DNA of 63,412 nucleotides from Stylophora pistillata (Eukaryota): NCBI RefSeq assembly GCF_002571385.2, contig NW_019218144.1, positions 104,073 to 167,484 of the forward strand, read 5' to 3'. Shown piece by piece: positions 1 to 12,411 of this stretch (position 1 is its first letter; each line of letters starts with the position of its first letter). The notes under the pieces were generated by a model. It saw only the letters and a program-made list of their open reading frames with translations, ran no database searches and was not told where the DNA came from. The position numbers and the translations under genes were made by a program.

Positions 1-1990
1 GCGAGAAAATACAAATTAATAAGGTTTATGCAGCGAGAAAGGCTGAAGTTGTATGCAAACTAATTATATGTTTGATTTTATTCGAGTAACGTTTCACGTC
101 GATCGGTCTTATCATGAGAAAATTAACTTAGGAAATTGAGAACCAACTCAGCGGCTCGACCTTTGGCAGTCACCACGCACTTTATAGCTTACAAAAGCAT
201 CTCAGCCCTAACAAAGTTGATCGTGCTGTAAATGACCGAAAAGGATCGAGGGCACTGTCACGGTTACCATTCGACCTTCACAGGGCCATGAAAAACATCG
301 TAATTGAAAATTATCCTTTCAGGGATTCCGACAAAAGGTCCGTGCTCTCCTGTGAAGAGTGCCGCATTTTTAGAATTTAACTTGCGATTCTTTGAATATT
401 TCACGGTTTTAAAAGTACTTGAAGTGATGACTGAATTCTCGACCAGTATTGGCTGAACTTCAAATGTATCAGTTTCTAAAAGGATTATGAAAGATGACTT
501 TCATAATAGGCGAGGGAATAACAAACCCTGGATAACAATCTCAGATATTTTGGATCGTCGATTGCGCCTATTTTTAGAGATGTTTGGTAATAATTTGCGG
601 TTTTCTTATGAGGATATGGAGCTTTATAAAGCTTGTCGTCCACATTTAGTTGATGTGTATGTACCTATATGTTCTTTTGAATTTGAGGGGAAGGAAGGGA
701 ATTTCTGCCGTGCAAGTCAATAAATTCGTCATGTGCATGTTGTTTAACTGCGTCAAAAATCGTAAGAACACTTCAGCTCACACTTCAAACAGCCAACGTA
801 TAACAATGACACAGCACGAAATTTCATCCCCCTACTTGAGTCAACTGAAATGTAAAGATTTGATCGTGTTACGTTGCACGTTACAGTAAGTCATAACGTA
901 CTATGTTGAACAAAAATATTTGCCTTTGTACATACAGTCGTAGATGATCTGTTTATGATACTAAATATTCACAGCTTTGTTCAACTAAGAAATGGCAAAC
1001 CAGGCTGCAATCTGAATGTAAATTCAAACAATTTACTTAATGATAGGTATTCACTAAAAGAAACATTAACTTCGATTCGTGTATCGAAGTTGGTCGGTTA
1101 CATTAGCTAAATTGAAAACATCACTCGCCTTGCGCCGTTAATTGATATGAATCCAAACCCGAAAGGTAAATTTCAATTGGTATCCTGCTCTTTACTCTTG
1201 CCATGTCATTGAGATAATTTTGAATTATTCTTACTAACAAAGCTTCATTATAGGCATATGTTTAGTTTCCCAGGCTTATATTAACGAATCACCTTTTAAA
1301 AAACAAAACTACATCGTTATATCTGACCGGCCTGATAGTCGATTTTACAAGGGATATTGAAATGCGTATTATTTTTAATTGATTTGAGAGCTGCGACAGT
1401 ATTTGAAATTCCTTATTCCCCCTTCGTTTAATCATGTATTTTTATGGAGTTTCTCTACCATTTTTCTCTTTATTTCCTAAAGTCGTAAGTTTTGTAAGAT
1501 TACCGAAAGCTACTCACTCACCACTGGTTAAATTTGCATTAAATTATTAAAAGAAGTCAAGCTATTAAACTAACACAAAGCTACGTTGAAAATATAGGGC
1601 ACTGTACCCTAATAAGTATTCCTTTATAAAAATCGCTCCCTTTTAGAAACTCTTGAGTTTATTTTCGGCCTCGCCTCATTGTTTTGGCTTTGTTTTTGAC
1701 GCACTTTCCGACCATGTTTCCTCTCGCCTCACTTGAACTTGCGATTTCGTGCCCATCCAATTTTCTTGCGTTAAGCAGGACGGAACTGTCTCTTGACTGA
1801 CAGCAAGATTAAGATTAAAAGAACAAAGGAGCTTAGTTAAAACGCAATAAAATGAGCCCCTGCTGTATTGGTAACTTCCAATCAATGTGTGCTTCATACT
1901 CATTTCGTGCTCTTCTGATCGCAAGTGCTCTAAATTTTCTGTTCTCGTGGTGAATGTTTGCAGTTTCCTACAGCATCTTTCACACCAATC

Positions 1991-3587
1991 ATGGCGAGGA
2001 AAGTAATACTGAGTGTCTACCTCCTTTTGGCTATCTCAACTGAAGAACTGATGGCGAGGAATTTGTTCAGAGATTACAGAGAAATGGTAAGCACGCTTGA
2101 ATCGTTTGGATAACTGTTTTGTGTACAGTCTGTGGAAGCATTCGCCACAAGTTCAAGTTTGACAAAGAACGTTCGAAATGTTTATTTTCCTAGTTAAAAG
2201 CAGCAGTCCTTTTTTTTTCCTAAAATGAAACATCTAACATTGCGAATGTAAATGATGGAAAGAAAAACACAATACCAAACATTCAATAATTACTCAAAAA
2301 TTCAGACGAGGCACTTTTGCACATAATTTGTGAAGAACCGAGTCGCGCTAACACACAGAACATCCACAGGCTGTTCGTTAATCAAGAACATTACAGAAAA
2401 CGTGAGGTCAGGAACTTTAGACGGTGTCAGATGAACGAGTATCACTATTTTTACAGTAATGGATGACTGAATACCAACAAATCTTCTGACAGATCAAACG
2501 AACTATTTTGGAAATCAGTAAAATTTACCGAAAAGGCAGTAGGGCTATTCAAGGCGCCTACTTGACACCAAAGCGCTAAGCCCTTTACATAAGAAAGCGC
2601 ATTATGTTCTATTTATACTTGTCTACTGGATAGCGATTTATGCTTCGGGATATGCTATCCGCTCTTAGAGCAACTGGGTCTAGGGGGAAAAAAAAAAAGA
2701 AAAAAAAAAGTAATTCAAACAATTTTTTTTTTTATTTTGTTTCTTTTTGTAAAACCTGCCGCAAGCCGACACTAAGCAACAATTTCTCGAATAACTGATT
2801 GGGCAGAAGTTTCTTTTTTCATCCCACGCCAAACGAGTGTTCAACATTCTGTAAAATACCGTTGACGTGGGTTTTTACTCTTCACGTTTCGCCCTTTCCG
2901 CGCTTCATTGCTGTTGGTTTTCATATTGACATAGCCAATTCTAACAATTAGGATATTTCTTTCTTGCTTTAAACTTTTCTCAAATTTTAATCGCGGATGT
3001 GCTTTATGTGGTTGCCTCCCAAATATTATCACAGCCTTATATTGCAAACTTCAAATGAACTGTTGTCTCCGCTCGGAGCTGGAGCAAATACTTCGCATTC
3101 AAAATGAATTGAGATGACAAAATTTTCGTAAGCGCACATCACCAAACTAACCATCATTTTGATGGAGATGAAAAATAAATCACGACTTCTTTTAGAGCCA
3201 AAACTGTTTTTAATCATTGATGTAGTGCGAAGGACCAATGCTGAAATAGGATTTTTTTTTTTTTTCATTTTTAAATTTTACGACTCCGCAAGTCATCTCT
3301 TTTCATACGACCAAGCCATTGATTTCTCTTAAGTTGGAAGATCAGTGGTAGCCTCCTAGGTATCTTTAAAACGTTTTTTTAAATCAATTTATTGTTTAAC
3401 TTTATTGCAGCGCACGTTTGCAAAGAGAAGTTCTGGATGTGACTTGCTGGGGGCACCTTGTGCACTTTGCGATACGAGTGCTCTCTGCGAGGGTGTGCAG
3501 CTGGCTTGCTATGGCGGACAGTGTGACAAGGATAGTTCTAATTCATACAAGAAGAAACGAAGTGTACTACTAACTAAGGACTTCTGA
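1991..3587 (+). CDS. Small secreted cysteine-rich prepropeptide, 90 aa, 2 exons (1991-2086, 3411-3587)
   Basis: Exon 1 MARKVILSVYLLLAISTEELMARNLFRDYREM ends at ATG|gtaag. Phase-0 acceptor tttattgcag joins RTFAKR-SSGCDLLGAPCALCDTSALCEGVQLACYGGQCDKDSSNSY-KKKR-SVLLTKDF*. Hydrophobic leader, basic cleavage sites, 6 Cys, AATAAA at 3799. Confidence 0.8.
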
Positions 3588-4169
3588 GCGGACATGAGAC
3601 CTCCCTCACTGACCTAGCCAAACAGAGGACCTCAATTGTAGAGTCCCTCGAAAAGTTTCCTATTCTGGATTGCCTATTAAAGCATTCTGATAAACCGATA
3701 ATTCATTGTTAGCGCTATTTATGCATTTTGTATTTCAGATAAAGGTATTCTACTGTAAGTCTGAAGTTTAAATGTTCAAATCATAGTAACAGTAAAGCAA
3801 TAAAGGAAAGTAAACTCCTCTCCATTTTGGTACGTCTACTATTTCCGATAGAACAGAAAATACTTCCTAAGTACATACTGAGGCCTTCCTCAAGTATGGC
3901 GCCCAGAAAGTTAACATGCAGTGTAAATTTGGTTTTATACCAATTAAGCGATTATTTAAACAATAGACCACACCCTCCATCGGTGTACCGGCGTAAATGT
4001 CCCAGCAAAATGTTACAATAACGAGAGAAGAGGTTTAAATGGCTGGAAGGTGGCTTTTTTGCCAGCATCTTTATTTAGACATGTGTATAGAACGCGAAGG
4101 TATTCCCATCATAACTTCTAGACAATTCACATTACTGACAAAATATGTTTAATCAAAGGGACGAGAAAA

Positions 4170-4873
4170 TCAGTCCCAATGTTCGTCGCGAGTCTCAGCT
4201 GGCCGGTTTTTCTTTATTTTTCCCTTTAAAACCCTTTCAAGAGATCTACACTTCCATTTTGCGTTGTTGATTTGTCGAGGAGTCAATGCCACGTCATAAA
4301 CTTGCAGGCATGATATACGACCGCGAAAGTTGCGTTCATCCCCAATTCTCGCTCCCATTCTTACAGAATATTTAGTAGCCAACGTAATATTCCCAATAAG
4401 TTTAGCATCCTCTAGTTTTCCATCTATCCATAAGCTTGCCCGTCCAGTGTTCTGATGGTAAATTGCACCGACGAAATTCCACTTGTTCGGTATGATGTGC
4501 GAGCTTTTCACGGTAAGGAATTTATGTGCTCCTTTTTGTCCACGAGAATTGAAACGGGCAAAAAGGTTGCTAGGTTTGCTCATCCAGAGGGCAACGCCCC
4601 ATCCATTAGTTTTGTAGTTAAAGATTGGTCCTGGATGTCTTGGTAAAATCCATGCCAGTAAAGTAAGAGAAGTATTCGTTTCCAATTGTCCGTTGTGTGG
4701 GAACTCGATGTAGCTCTTCGGAGCTCCCAAAAAGGAGAGAGAATTTCCGCTCTGATTCAAAGGTCCTGCTGCAGGCACAACATTGTTAATTATTCCAGGT
4801 ATATTTCCACCGATCACGTCTCTTGCCTCATATTTGGCGTTGAGAGGATAAAGGGCGACTGGCTCCGGAAAAA
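4170..4873 (-). CDS. Terminal exon of gene 2: LamG/concanavalin A-like domain
   Basis: FPEPVALYPLN...SYIEFPHNGQLET...LTLLAWI...WNFVGAIY...RMGARIGDERNFRGRISCLQVYDVAL, the same subfamily as the gene 4 LamG exons. Confidence 0.9.
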
Positions 4874-7800
4874 CTGAACAACAGGAATAAAATGGCGCAT
4901 TTAGTTTAGTTTTAACAGAGCGTCCCTAGCTGGTCAGTTAGCCTCTAAAACTCGTTCATAAGCAACCAGAGCAAGATTTGATTCGCTCTGGCGAAGGGCT
5001 AATGCTCGAAACGTCAGCTTTTTAACCCGTTACGGTGGCCAATTTACAATTTCAACTTAGTTGGTATTACCAAATTACCTCGTTACCCCCACTGACGCAG
5101 CAACACCGTTTCTTTAGAAACTTACCCCCCCCCCCTCCAGAAAATAGTTTGATTCATTTCGCTTCAAAAATTTAGACGTGAGATAATCGATATCTACGTC
5201 ATAGTTTGATGAAGTTATTACTCGCGCAGCACGGTTTTGTAGTTTTTGTAGCTTGTTAGGTAATGTTTTGCCACAATTACCCCAGACTAGGCTGCAGTAA
5301 TCAAAGTGAGATCGAACTAGTGAGTTGTATATATTGAGTAGGGTGGATTGAAGGACAAATGGCTTGACTCGCTTTATGGCTCCAATTGCAGAAGCGATCC
5401 TTTTACACAGTTTATCTAGTCCTGTAGCTTTAGGTTTTGACAATCTATTTAGATGGGTAAAGACATCACTGGTAGTAGTTGGACGAATACAAAATTTGTT
5501 GTAATTTTCAGTAATATTTTTTAGATAAGTAGACCCACAATTATTTCAATTATTTCCGAACAATTATTTCAAGTATTAAGTCTAGGTTTGGGAAGGTTTT
5601 AATTTGAATCATTGTTAGTTTTTTTTTTTTTTTTTAATGTTTTACTGTAACTTTTTCTGAGATGTAAAGACTAAAATTGATTTGATTCCTGGTAATTAAC
5701 TTCTACTGGTTTTCACAATTTTTACCGTCTGTGGCTAATGGCTTCGCTTTAGATTTGGGAAGGTTTCAATTTGAATTATTGTCAATTTGTTTTTATTTTA
5801 GTGTGGTAAAGAATGCTTTACTATGTCTGGAGATGTAAAGACTAAAATTGAGTCTAGATCAACTTACCATTGGTTTTGACGATTTTGTTCACGTCTTTGG
5901 CTAACGGCCTCCTTGTAATTTTCACCGCTCGTAATCCGTTAATTATTGAAACAGGCTTGCCGTTGAATGCTCCAACAGACTTTGCTTTTAATGGCCCCAT
6001 CCACTGTTGATACCTCTGTGAATTTGCCCTATCCGTGTAAAATCGCGTGTAGATATCCTTAAGTTTAGCAATATGACTTAGCAATGAGTCAGGTTGCTTT
6101 TCAACAACACGCCTTCTACTCGCATCGCTTTTGTTTCCAGTCTTTTCATATGTCACTTTTCCCACGTTTCCTAAGTAGCCATCGAGTTGCTCGGGATCGT
6201 CCCCTTTGAAAGAAACTCCTGAGATGTCAAGATCTTCCCAATTCCGGTTGTCTGTATCTTTAGTTCCCGTACCTCTTCCTAACTTTCTCCGCCGGGGTAT
6301 TGCGTTAGCCACCGTCTCAAGACTCCCTACGTGACTGCTTTGGCTCAGAAATCCTCTCGGTCTCCCACCGGTCCTCGTACTGACTCGATCGCTTAAAGAC
6401 ATCAAAAGCGCCACACCCTCAGGAACATCACCTTTTATGATCGTAAACTTTCCGTAAGGTAAAAAGAATAAACCGCATTTATTTTGGAGTATTTTCAGTC
6501 CGGACAGTATTGTCTCTGCATGTTTTTTACCTTTTAAGCTATCAAGCCCATCAAGGGTGGCAGTTCCAAAATGTTTGCGTCCCTTTTTCCCTTTGCGCTC
6601 TGTATAACTATGAAATTTATTTTCGTTATGGCTTTGAACCCAGTTGAAAGCTTCTCCATTATAAGGCATCTCAGTCGAGGTTTTGTTGTTTCCATACGAA
6701 CTCCATTTTTTCTTCATTCCGCCTTTACCAGACATTTCCCCGAATTTCCTCTCATCTTCTTTGGTTTTTGGCGGTGCAGCGTGATCTGATCTGGCTTTGC
6801 CACTCCCTTAAATCAAAGATCAGAGTTAAGTTTATTTAAAATACGTTTGACAAAGCTTCAGATTTGTTGGATATCCAAAGTGAATCGAGCTAAGAAAAAC
6901 GTACCCAGTTTTTCATGCGATCCTCCGGTTCCTGGAAAAAAGGATAAATAATTCTATTCAGGTATTTTCCAAAAGCAGAGGACAAATAGAAATATTGTCT
7001 CGGTCAAGTTCTCAGGAAACTCCCCCTCCCCCCCCCCCAAAAAAAAAACTGTGACCATAACCCCTCAGACTTTCATTACAAGTTTTTCAATGCGTTCATT
7101 CAGTTATTAAGGAGAGTTCCTCTGACATCAAGCTCAGTTTAAGCATTACGGAACTAAGAAACAGATTGAAAAAGGAAACAAACCTCGTCCAGCTTTGAAG
7201 TGTTACGCGATCGTCAATCGAAAAAACTCATCAGTTACAAAGATAACCTTAGTTTGTTGAATAGGTATACTTCGCTTTTAATTAGCAGTCTGATTGGGGA
7301 CATTTTAGCTCTAAGTCGGGTGGTCTTGTTATCTAGGTTACTTTATCTGGAACGGGAACAGGGTTTCTGACTTTTCGATGGCAGTAATCGACGCATCGAA
7401 AATCTTTAAAACTTAAGATAGCCTCCGCCGGAGGCTATCTTAAGTTAAATTGAACCTTTCTTATTGAGATGATAGATCTTAATAAAAAACTTAGGAGAAT
7501 AGCTTAAAATAGCTAACTATTATTTAAGTAGATAAAACCTTTTTACAAACCTGGACAAACCTGTACTTGGCATGGGCGAGTCTCCATGCTTGTATGGCAT
7601 CCTTGTGGTAATCCTGGAGAAGCTGAGCAGGTTCGATTTCTTAATTGTATTACAATGTTTTTTCCCGTGTGGCATCCCTGTGGACACGGTGACCAGGAAG
7701 ACCAGGAAGACCAGGAATGGAAACCGGCGTCGGCAATAGGCTTTTCCTTGTCTGTAAGGAAACTGTTATCAACGAAAATCATAAAAATTGAGCTTTGTTT

Positions 7801-10800
7801 TCAACGCGATTATCACGGTGGTGGAAGTGGTGGTGGTGGTGGTGGATAGTAAATTTGTTTCTTAATAATCTTGGGTGGGGTAAAGCAGTGCGAGAGCATG
7901 TGATTTTAGTCCAACGGATGGTGACACAATTGGCTATTTTACAGTTGTTTACCGTTACTTGCCAAGCCTTTGATTTGGAGTGAGGCTGAAGGTAATCTTG
8001 TTATGATAGAGACCAGGATCTAGTAAGCATGATAATAAAGTGATTTACATTTGAAAAGCAGCAACATTTGTATCCTAACAAGGTCATCCTTAACCTCACT
8101 CCTGTTCAAAGGCTTGGCAACCAAGCACGCATCTGTAAAATGGACTATTACTTATCCTAAGGCTCGGTGCCTGAAAGCTTAGTGGTTAGTTAACCATTGA
8201 TGGTATTTAGAGTTCCGTAATTGCTATAACCCAAATAGTTGCATAAAAACCAGGTTTTGCGAAAACGAGCTGTTATTCCCAACCATTCCATAAATTTTTC
8301 TTTCTTGTATTTCATTTTCATTTTTGTTGAACTCTTATTTTGTATTGGAGTAGTATTAAGTAGAGGTTTTGATCCCAAGTTTTAGCTTTCGGAATCTATA
8401 ATATCTACCGTTGCCGTGTACATTACCTATATACCTCGTTGCTCCATGGTGGTGGAAGNNNNNNNNNNNNNNNNNNNNNNNNNNNNNNNNNNNNNNNNNN
8501 NNNNNNNNNNNNNNNNNNNNNNNNNNNNNNNNNNNNNNNNNNNNNNNNNNNNNNNNNNNNNNNNNNNNNNNNNNNNNNNNNNNNNNNNNNNNNNNNNNNN
8601 NNNNNNNNNNNNNNNNNNNNNNNNNNNNNNNNNNNNNNNNNNNNNNNNNNNNNNNNNNNNNNNNNNNNNNNNNNNNNNNNNNNNNNNNNNNNNNNNNNNN
8701 NNNNNNNNNNNNNNNNNNNNNNNNNNNNNNNNNNNNNNNNNNNNNNNNNNNNNNNNNNNNNNNNNNNNNNNNNNNNNNNNNNNNNNNNNNNNNNNNNNNN
8801 NNNNNNNNNNNNNNNNNNNNNNNNNNNNNNNNNNNNNNNNNNNNNNNNNNNNNNNNNNNNNNNNNNNNNNNNNNNNNNNNNNNNNNNNNNNNNNNNNNNN
8901 NNNNNNNNNNNNNNNNNNNNNNNNNNNNNNNNNNNNNNNNNNNNNNNNNNNNNNNNNNNNNNNNNNNNNNNNNAAAAGATACTTCGGATGCATTTATTTT
9001 GTTTAGTACTGATCTTCATAGAGCCACCTTAAGACTATTAACTTTGCAGATATATTCGATTTAATATATATGCGTTGTTAATCAACCGTGAGGTCGAGAT
9101 GACTGGATATTGGCCGAGTTCTTTTTTTGCATTTTTATGGACCTCGACTCCGTCTCGGTCCATAAAAATGCAGAAAAAGAACTTGGTCGATATCCAGCCA
9201 TCTTGACCGAACAAGCTTGGTTAATAAAGGATTTGTTATATTACAAAAAGACTCGCTTTATTAAGAATTAAGAATGACTTTTTTACTTCGAGAGCTGGGA
9301 AATAAAGCCAACTGTGTTTGTAGCACGACAAACTCACTAGAGTCGTTTCTGTTTGTTTTGTTGTGACTATCTTCTACCGCCTTTTGCGTTTCCATCTTCA
9401 ACATTGTCCAAGAATTTATTAATTTAGTTCTAATTCAATTTTTTTTTTTTTATGCGCGGGATCAATGCAGGCAATCCTGAGCGGGCAAGATGGGCCCATC
9501 TTGCCCGCTCGGGTAGCCAATTAGAACTGATAGGATTCGCTTCATCTTGCCCACGGACGCTGCGAGCAATGTAATAAGACATAATATAACTATGTAACTG
9601 AAGCTTACCGCAGCATGCCGCACTCGGTCCATATTTTCTAAATGTTTTCCCAGTATCTATTCCTCCAAAGCACTGCCCTCCATTTTGCAGGGCGAACATA
9701 GGTAAATTTTTCGCGAGAGCTACCTCAGCACATTTCATGAGAGCATTCACGCGAGATCTGTAATCTGATTCTTTTAAGAGAGGATGCTTTCCTTCTAATT
9801 TTTCTATCGCACGATCTCGGTTATCCCTCCAGCAACCATCACTTTTGAAAGCTGAGAAGATTATAAATGAAAGAAATTTACCGATCATTATTCTCGCCAG
9901 CGTGAATTATACTAAAAATTCTAAAAGAAACAAGCATTATCGTTTTTTAATATATAATTGCTCTGACCAGAGAATGCTTCATTCCTAAGGATTGCTTTTG
10001 AGTTTTACTTAAGTTTTCAAAACAATTTAATTTTTTCAGATAGTAGGGTAGTTCTCTACCGGGTGAAGTCCTTATTTTTACCAAATGTTTTCCCATATCT
10101 CTCTGGACACCCTGCATTGAATGTTGGAAATGATGAAAAGGCTCGTCTGTAGAAATAAAAATGACTCACATTTCCCTTTGATTTCAAATATCTCGCTACG
10201 ATCCATTGCAGGTGCACCTGGGTAGCTGAAGCAGTGAAATCGGAGTGTCGATGTAGCTGGATTACCTGCATGAGTCCGCTCGTTTGAGGGGCGGGTTTTG
10301 TTTATTGAACGGTGAGAATGAGGAGATGATGCCGGTGGAGACGCCAAACGAGAAGTTGAACTTAGACTTCTAAATGAGCCTGGATATGACTTCTTCCGCA
10401 TAGTTGACGCAGTTCGGTTAGATCTTGGGTATGAAATAACTTTCTCTAGTATTGAAAAAGATGGTTTAGATTCCAATCATTACCCATGCAGTTACACTTT
10501 ATTCACACAAATATTTCGATATCATAGAGTGAGACATAACAATATTCATGATTACGTATCTAAACCAGCAAAACTCGATGGGAAGGATTACATCTAAATT
10601 AATTCTAGATTCTCCCGGTTCTCCAAGAAAAGGTTGTACCCCGGCGTCCTTAAGAATGACCAAGATGTGATTTACCCTCACAGTTCTGATTAGCAGGCAG
10701 TTGAGGAGAATAAAGAGAAAAATCCAAGTTGGGATAACTAGAGTTTAAAAGAGGCATTGGAGAGTGAAAGGATTAAAAAGTAAGCAACCAATAAGGGTTT

Positions 10801-10944
10801 CGGTCTCTTAGCTTGATCTTCTCTTGTTCTCATCATTGTATAGCGCTTTAAACCGATACAAACCATGTTCTTACCCGATATCAAAGCCTTCCCCATGACT
10901 GCCATTGAAGCCATAGATGCAAACGCCATATAAAATAACAACAT
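4170..10944 (-). CDS. Secreted mosaic protein of about 800 aa: signal peptide, S/R-rich segment, WSC-like, TSP1, K/G-rich linker, LamG/ConA-like
   Basis: Minus-strand GT-AG exons 10944-10875, 10445-10266, 9851-9609, an exon partly in the gap ending 8427 (WSNEVY), possibly 8223-8195 (low confidence), 7751-7551, 6931-6905, 6806-5868, 4873-4170. Phases join in frame. AATAAA on minus near 4070. Confidence 0.8.
4985..5125 (+). mobile_element. Penelope/retrozyme-like short repeat with degenerate minimal hammerhead ribozyme
   Basis: gct-CTGGCGA-a-gggc-taat-gctc-GAAACGTC-agc; core reads CUGGCGA instead of CUGANGA. Downstream sequence is homologous to 25232-25360. Confidence 0.6.
5175..5540 (-). mobile_element. 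LINE (CR1/L2-like) reverse-transcriptase relic, internally deleted
   Basis: KPKATGLD (RT N-terminal motif) fused to IYNSLVRSHFDYCSLVWGNC...LQKLQNRAARVIT (post-RT region); no YADD. Confidence 0.8.
5868..6806 (-). CDS. Gene 2 exon: 939-nt Lys/Gly/Arg-rich low-complexity linker
   Basis: Open frame between acceptor gatttaag| and donor G|gtaag, phase 1-1, matching ORF 5854-6735. Confidence 0.75.
7551..7751 (-). CDS. Gene 2 exon: thrombospondin type-1 repeat
   Basis: WSSWSSWSPC...C...RNRTC...C...RPC...C (WxxWxxW plus 6 Cys), phase 1-1 splice sites. Confidence 0.9.
7931..8148. mobile_element. MITE-like element; second copy at about 37643-37865
   Basis: Terminal inverted ends (ctattttacag...ctgtaaaatgga), internal inverted gagtgaggctgaagg/ccttaacctcactc, and a clear homologous copy. 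Confidence 0.65.
8459..8973. other. Assembly gap (N run)
   Basis: Run of N. The right flank 8974-9015 matches LINE sequence near 13270-13312. Confidence 1.
9070..9580. mobile_element. Palindromic non-autonomous repeat (hairpin about 9085-9225, second hairpin about 9478-9515)
   Basis: Long inverted arms around acctcgactccgtctcggt; also gagcgggcaagatgggcccatcttgcccgctc. Confidence 0.6.
9609..9851 (-). CDS. Gene 2 exon: WSC-like cysteine domain
   Basis: GCWRD...RAI...LMKCAEVA...FALQNGGQCF...KYG..C; 243 nt, the same length and phase as paralogous exon 27633-27875. Confidence 0.85.
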
Positions 10945-12359
10945 CGTCACTGTCTGTAACCTTCACCTAAACAGTCAAGACTGGGAAAAAGAACATCTAA
11001 AGCATTGCACTTTCAAATAAAACCTCTTTAAGCTAATAGTAGATTTATAGCTACAGAACAAACTGATCCTAATGTAGCAAAGTAAAATTGCAGTATTGTT
11101 TGAGCAGTTGGGATTTAACGTAATCATCATATACTCTGAGAAGAGAAGGCAGGGCTGTAGGTCCCGAGTAATGGACTTATTTACCGACTTAATAGGTAAG
11201 GGTGCGGTAAATTTTGTTCATGGTAAAATACTTGACTTAACTTCCAAAATTTTCTCAATCTTTGAAAAAAATCCAAGGCAATGCATTAAACATCCATGGA
11301 CAGTGCCCGTTTGCAAAATTAGTCTAAATTGATTTAAACTGAATGAAAGTGTCATAGAATAAGTAAAGGAAATATGCTAAGACAGTCGTAAGAGGTATTT
11401 GTATTTTCCTACCTTTGCACTTCTGCTCAATCACAGATAGAAGAATGTAAGAAGAAAATCTTGAAGATTTCTTATAACGATCACAAAACCAGCGTGACGA
11501 TCAACAAATACCGTCAACAGGTGCAGAACACCCCAAAGTGTTTACATGATAAACAGATGCCTCTGAATTTTAAGCCTAAAAGAAATAACCATAAATGAAT
11601 GCATTAACATGTAACAATGTAGGAGATATAGTTTGAAATTCCAACGGCTAGATTGTCAATCAAAACGAGAGGATGTACCGTAAAATATTGGCCATGGTGT
11701 TCATATTTCCTCTGTTCAAGTTGTCCACTCGACCGAAACGTTTACCGGCTACAGGACTTCTCAAACTTTTACAAAGGATAGAATGTAAAACAGAATTACT
11801 GACCTAATTTTTTCTCTCTCAGTGCTAAAATTCACATTAACGACAAATTCCCTATCTGGTGACATCTGTCAAAATCTACCAATTGCGTTTCAAGAGACCT
11901 CTTTGTAGCAGGTTTTTATCATAGAATGTCAGTGATGGGCGTGGTCAAGACAAGATTACGTCTTAGTGCATCTTCTATTTTGAAAAATACCTAGTTTTAC
12001 TCATAACTTTACATGAGCAATAGGCGAGGGATGACTGTTATTAGTGAGGTACTTTTTATTTTCTTATTCTTTTCCTTGATGTCTTGAATATACCAACAGT
12101 CTTACGTAAAGATTCTCGTTGGATTGTGAGGTTTCATAAATGTAGAACTAGTAGTAATCATGGATCAGTAAAACTTAGGAATGGATATTTTCGTCTCTGT
12201 CTAATAAAATCCATTGTTTAGTTAAACTTACGAGCATAGTATGGTGGTTTAGCTCACAATACTGATCATTTTGTAACAACTCATCTCGTTCGATCAAATG
12301 GCTGCAATTCAACTACGTTCATATCTTCTTTAGTTGTTTAATTGGTTCATATACGTTAA

Positions 12360-12378
12360 TTGGTTCATTCGGTTCATT

Positions 12379-12411
<33 letters not shown>

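Noticed and set aside
487-889. Two short overlapping ORFs
   Set aside because: No motifs, signal peptide or splice context.
1625-1631. TATAAAA upstream of the peptide gene
   Set aside because: About 360 bp from the ATG in AT-rich DNA with unknown TSS; cannot be supported.
8411-9064. Long ORFs of X residues
   Set aside because: Artefacts of the N gap.
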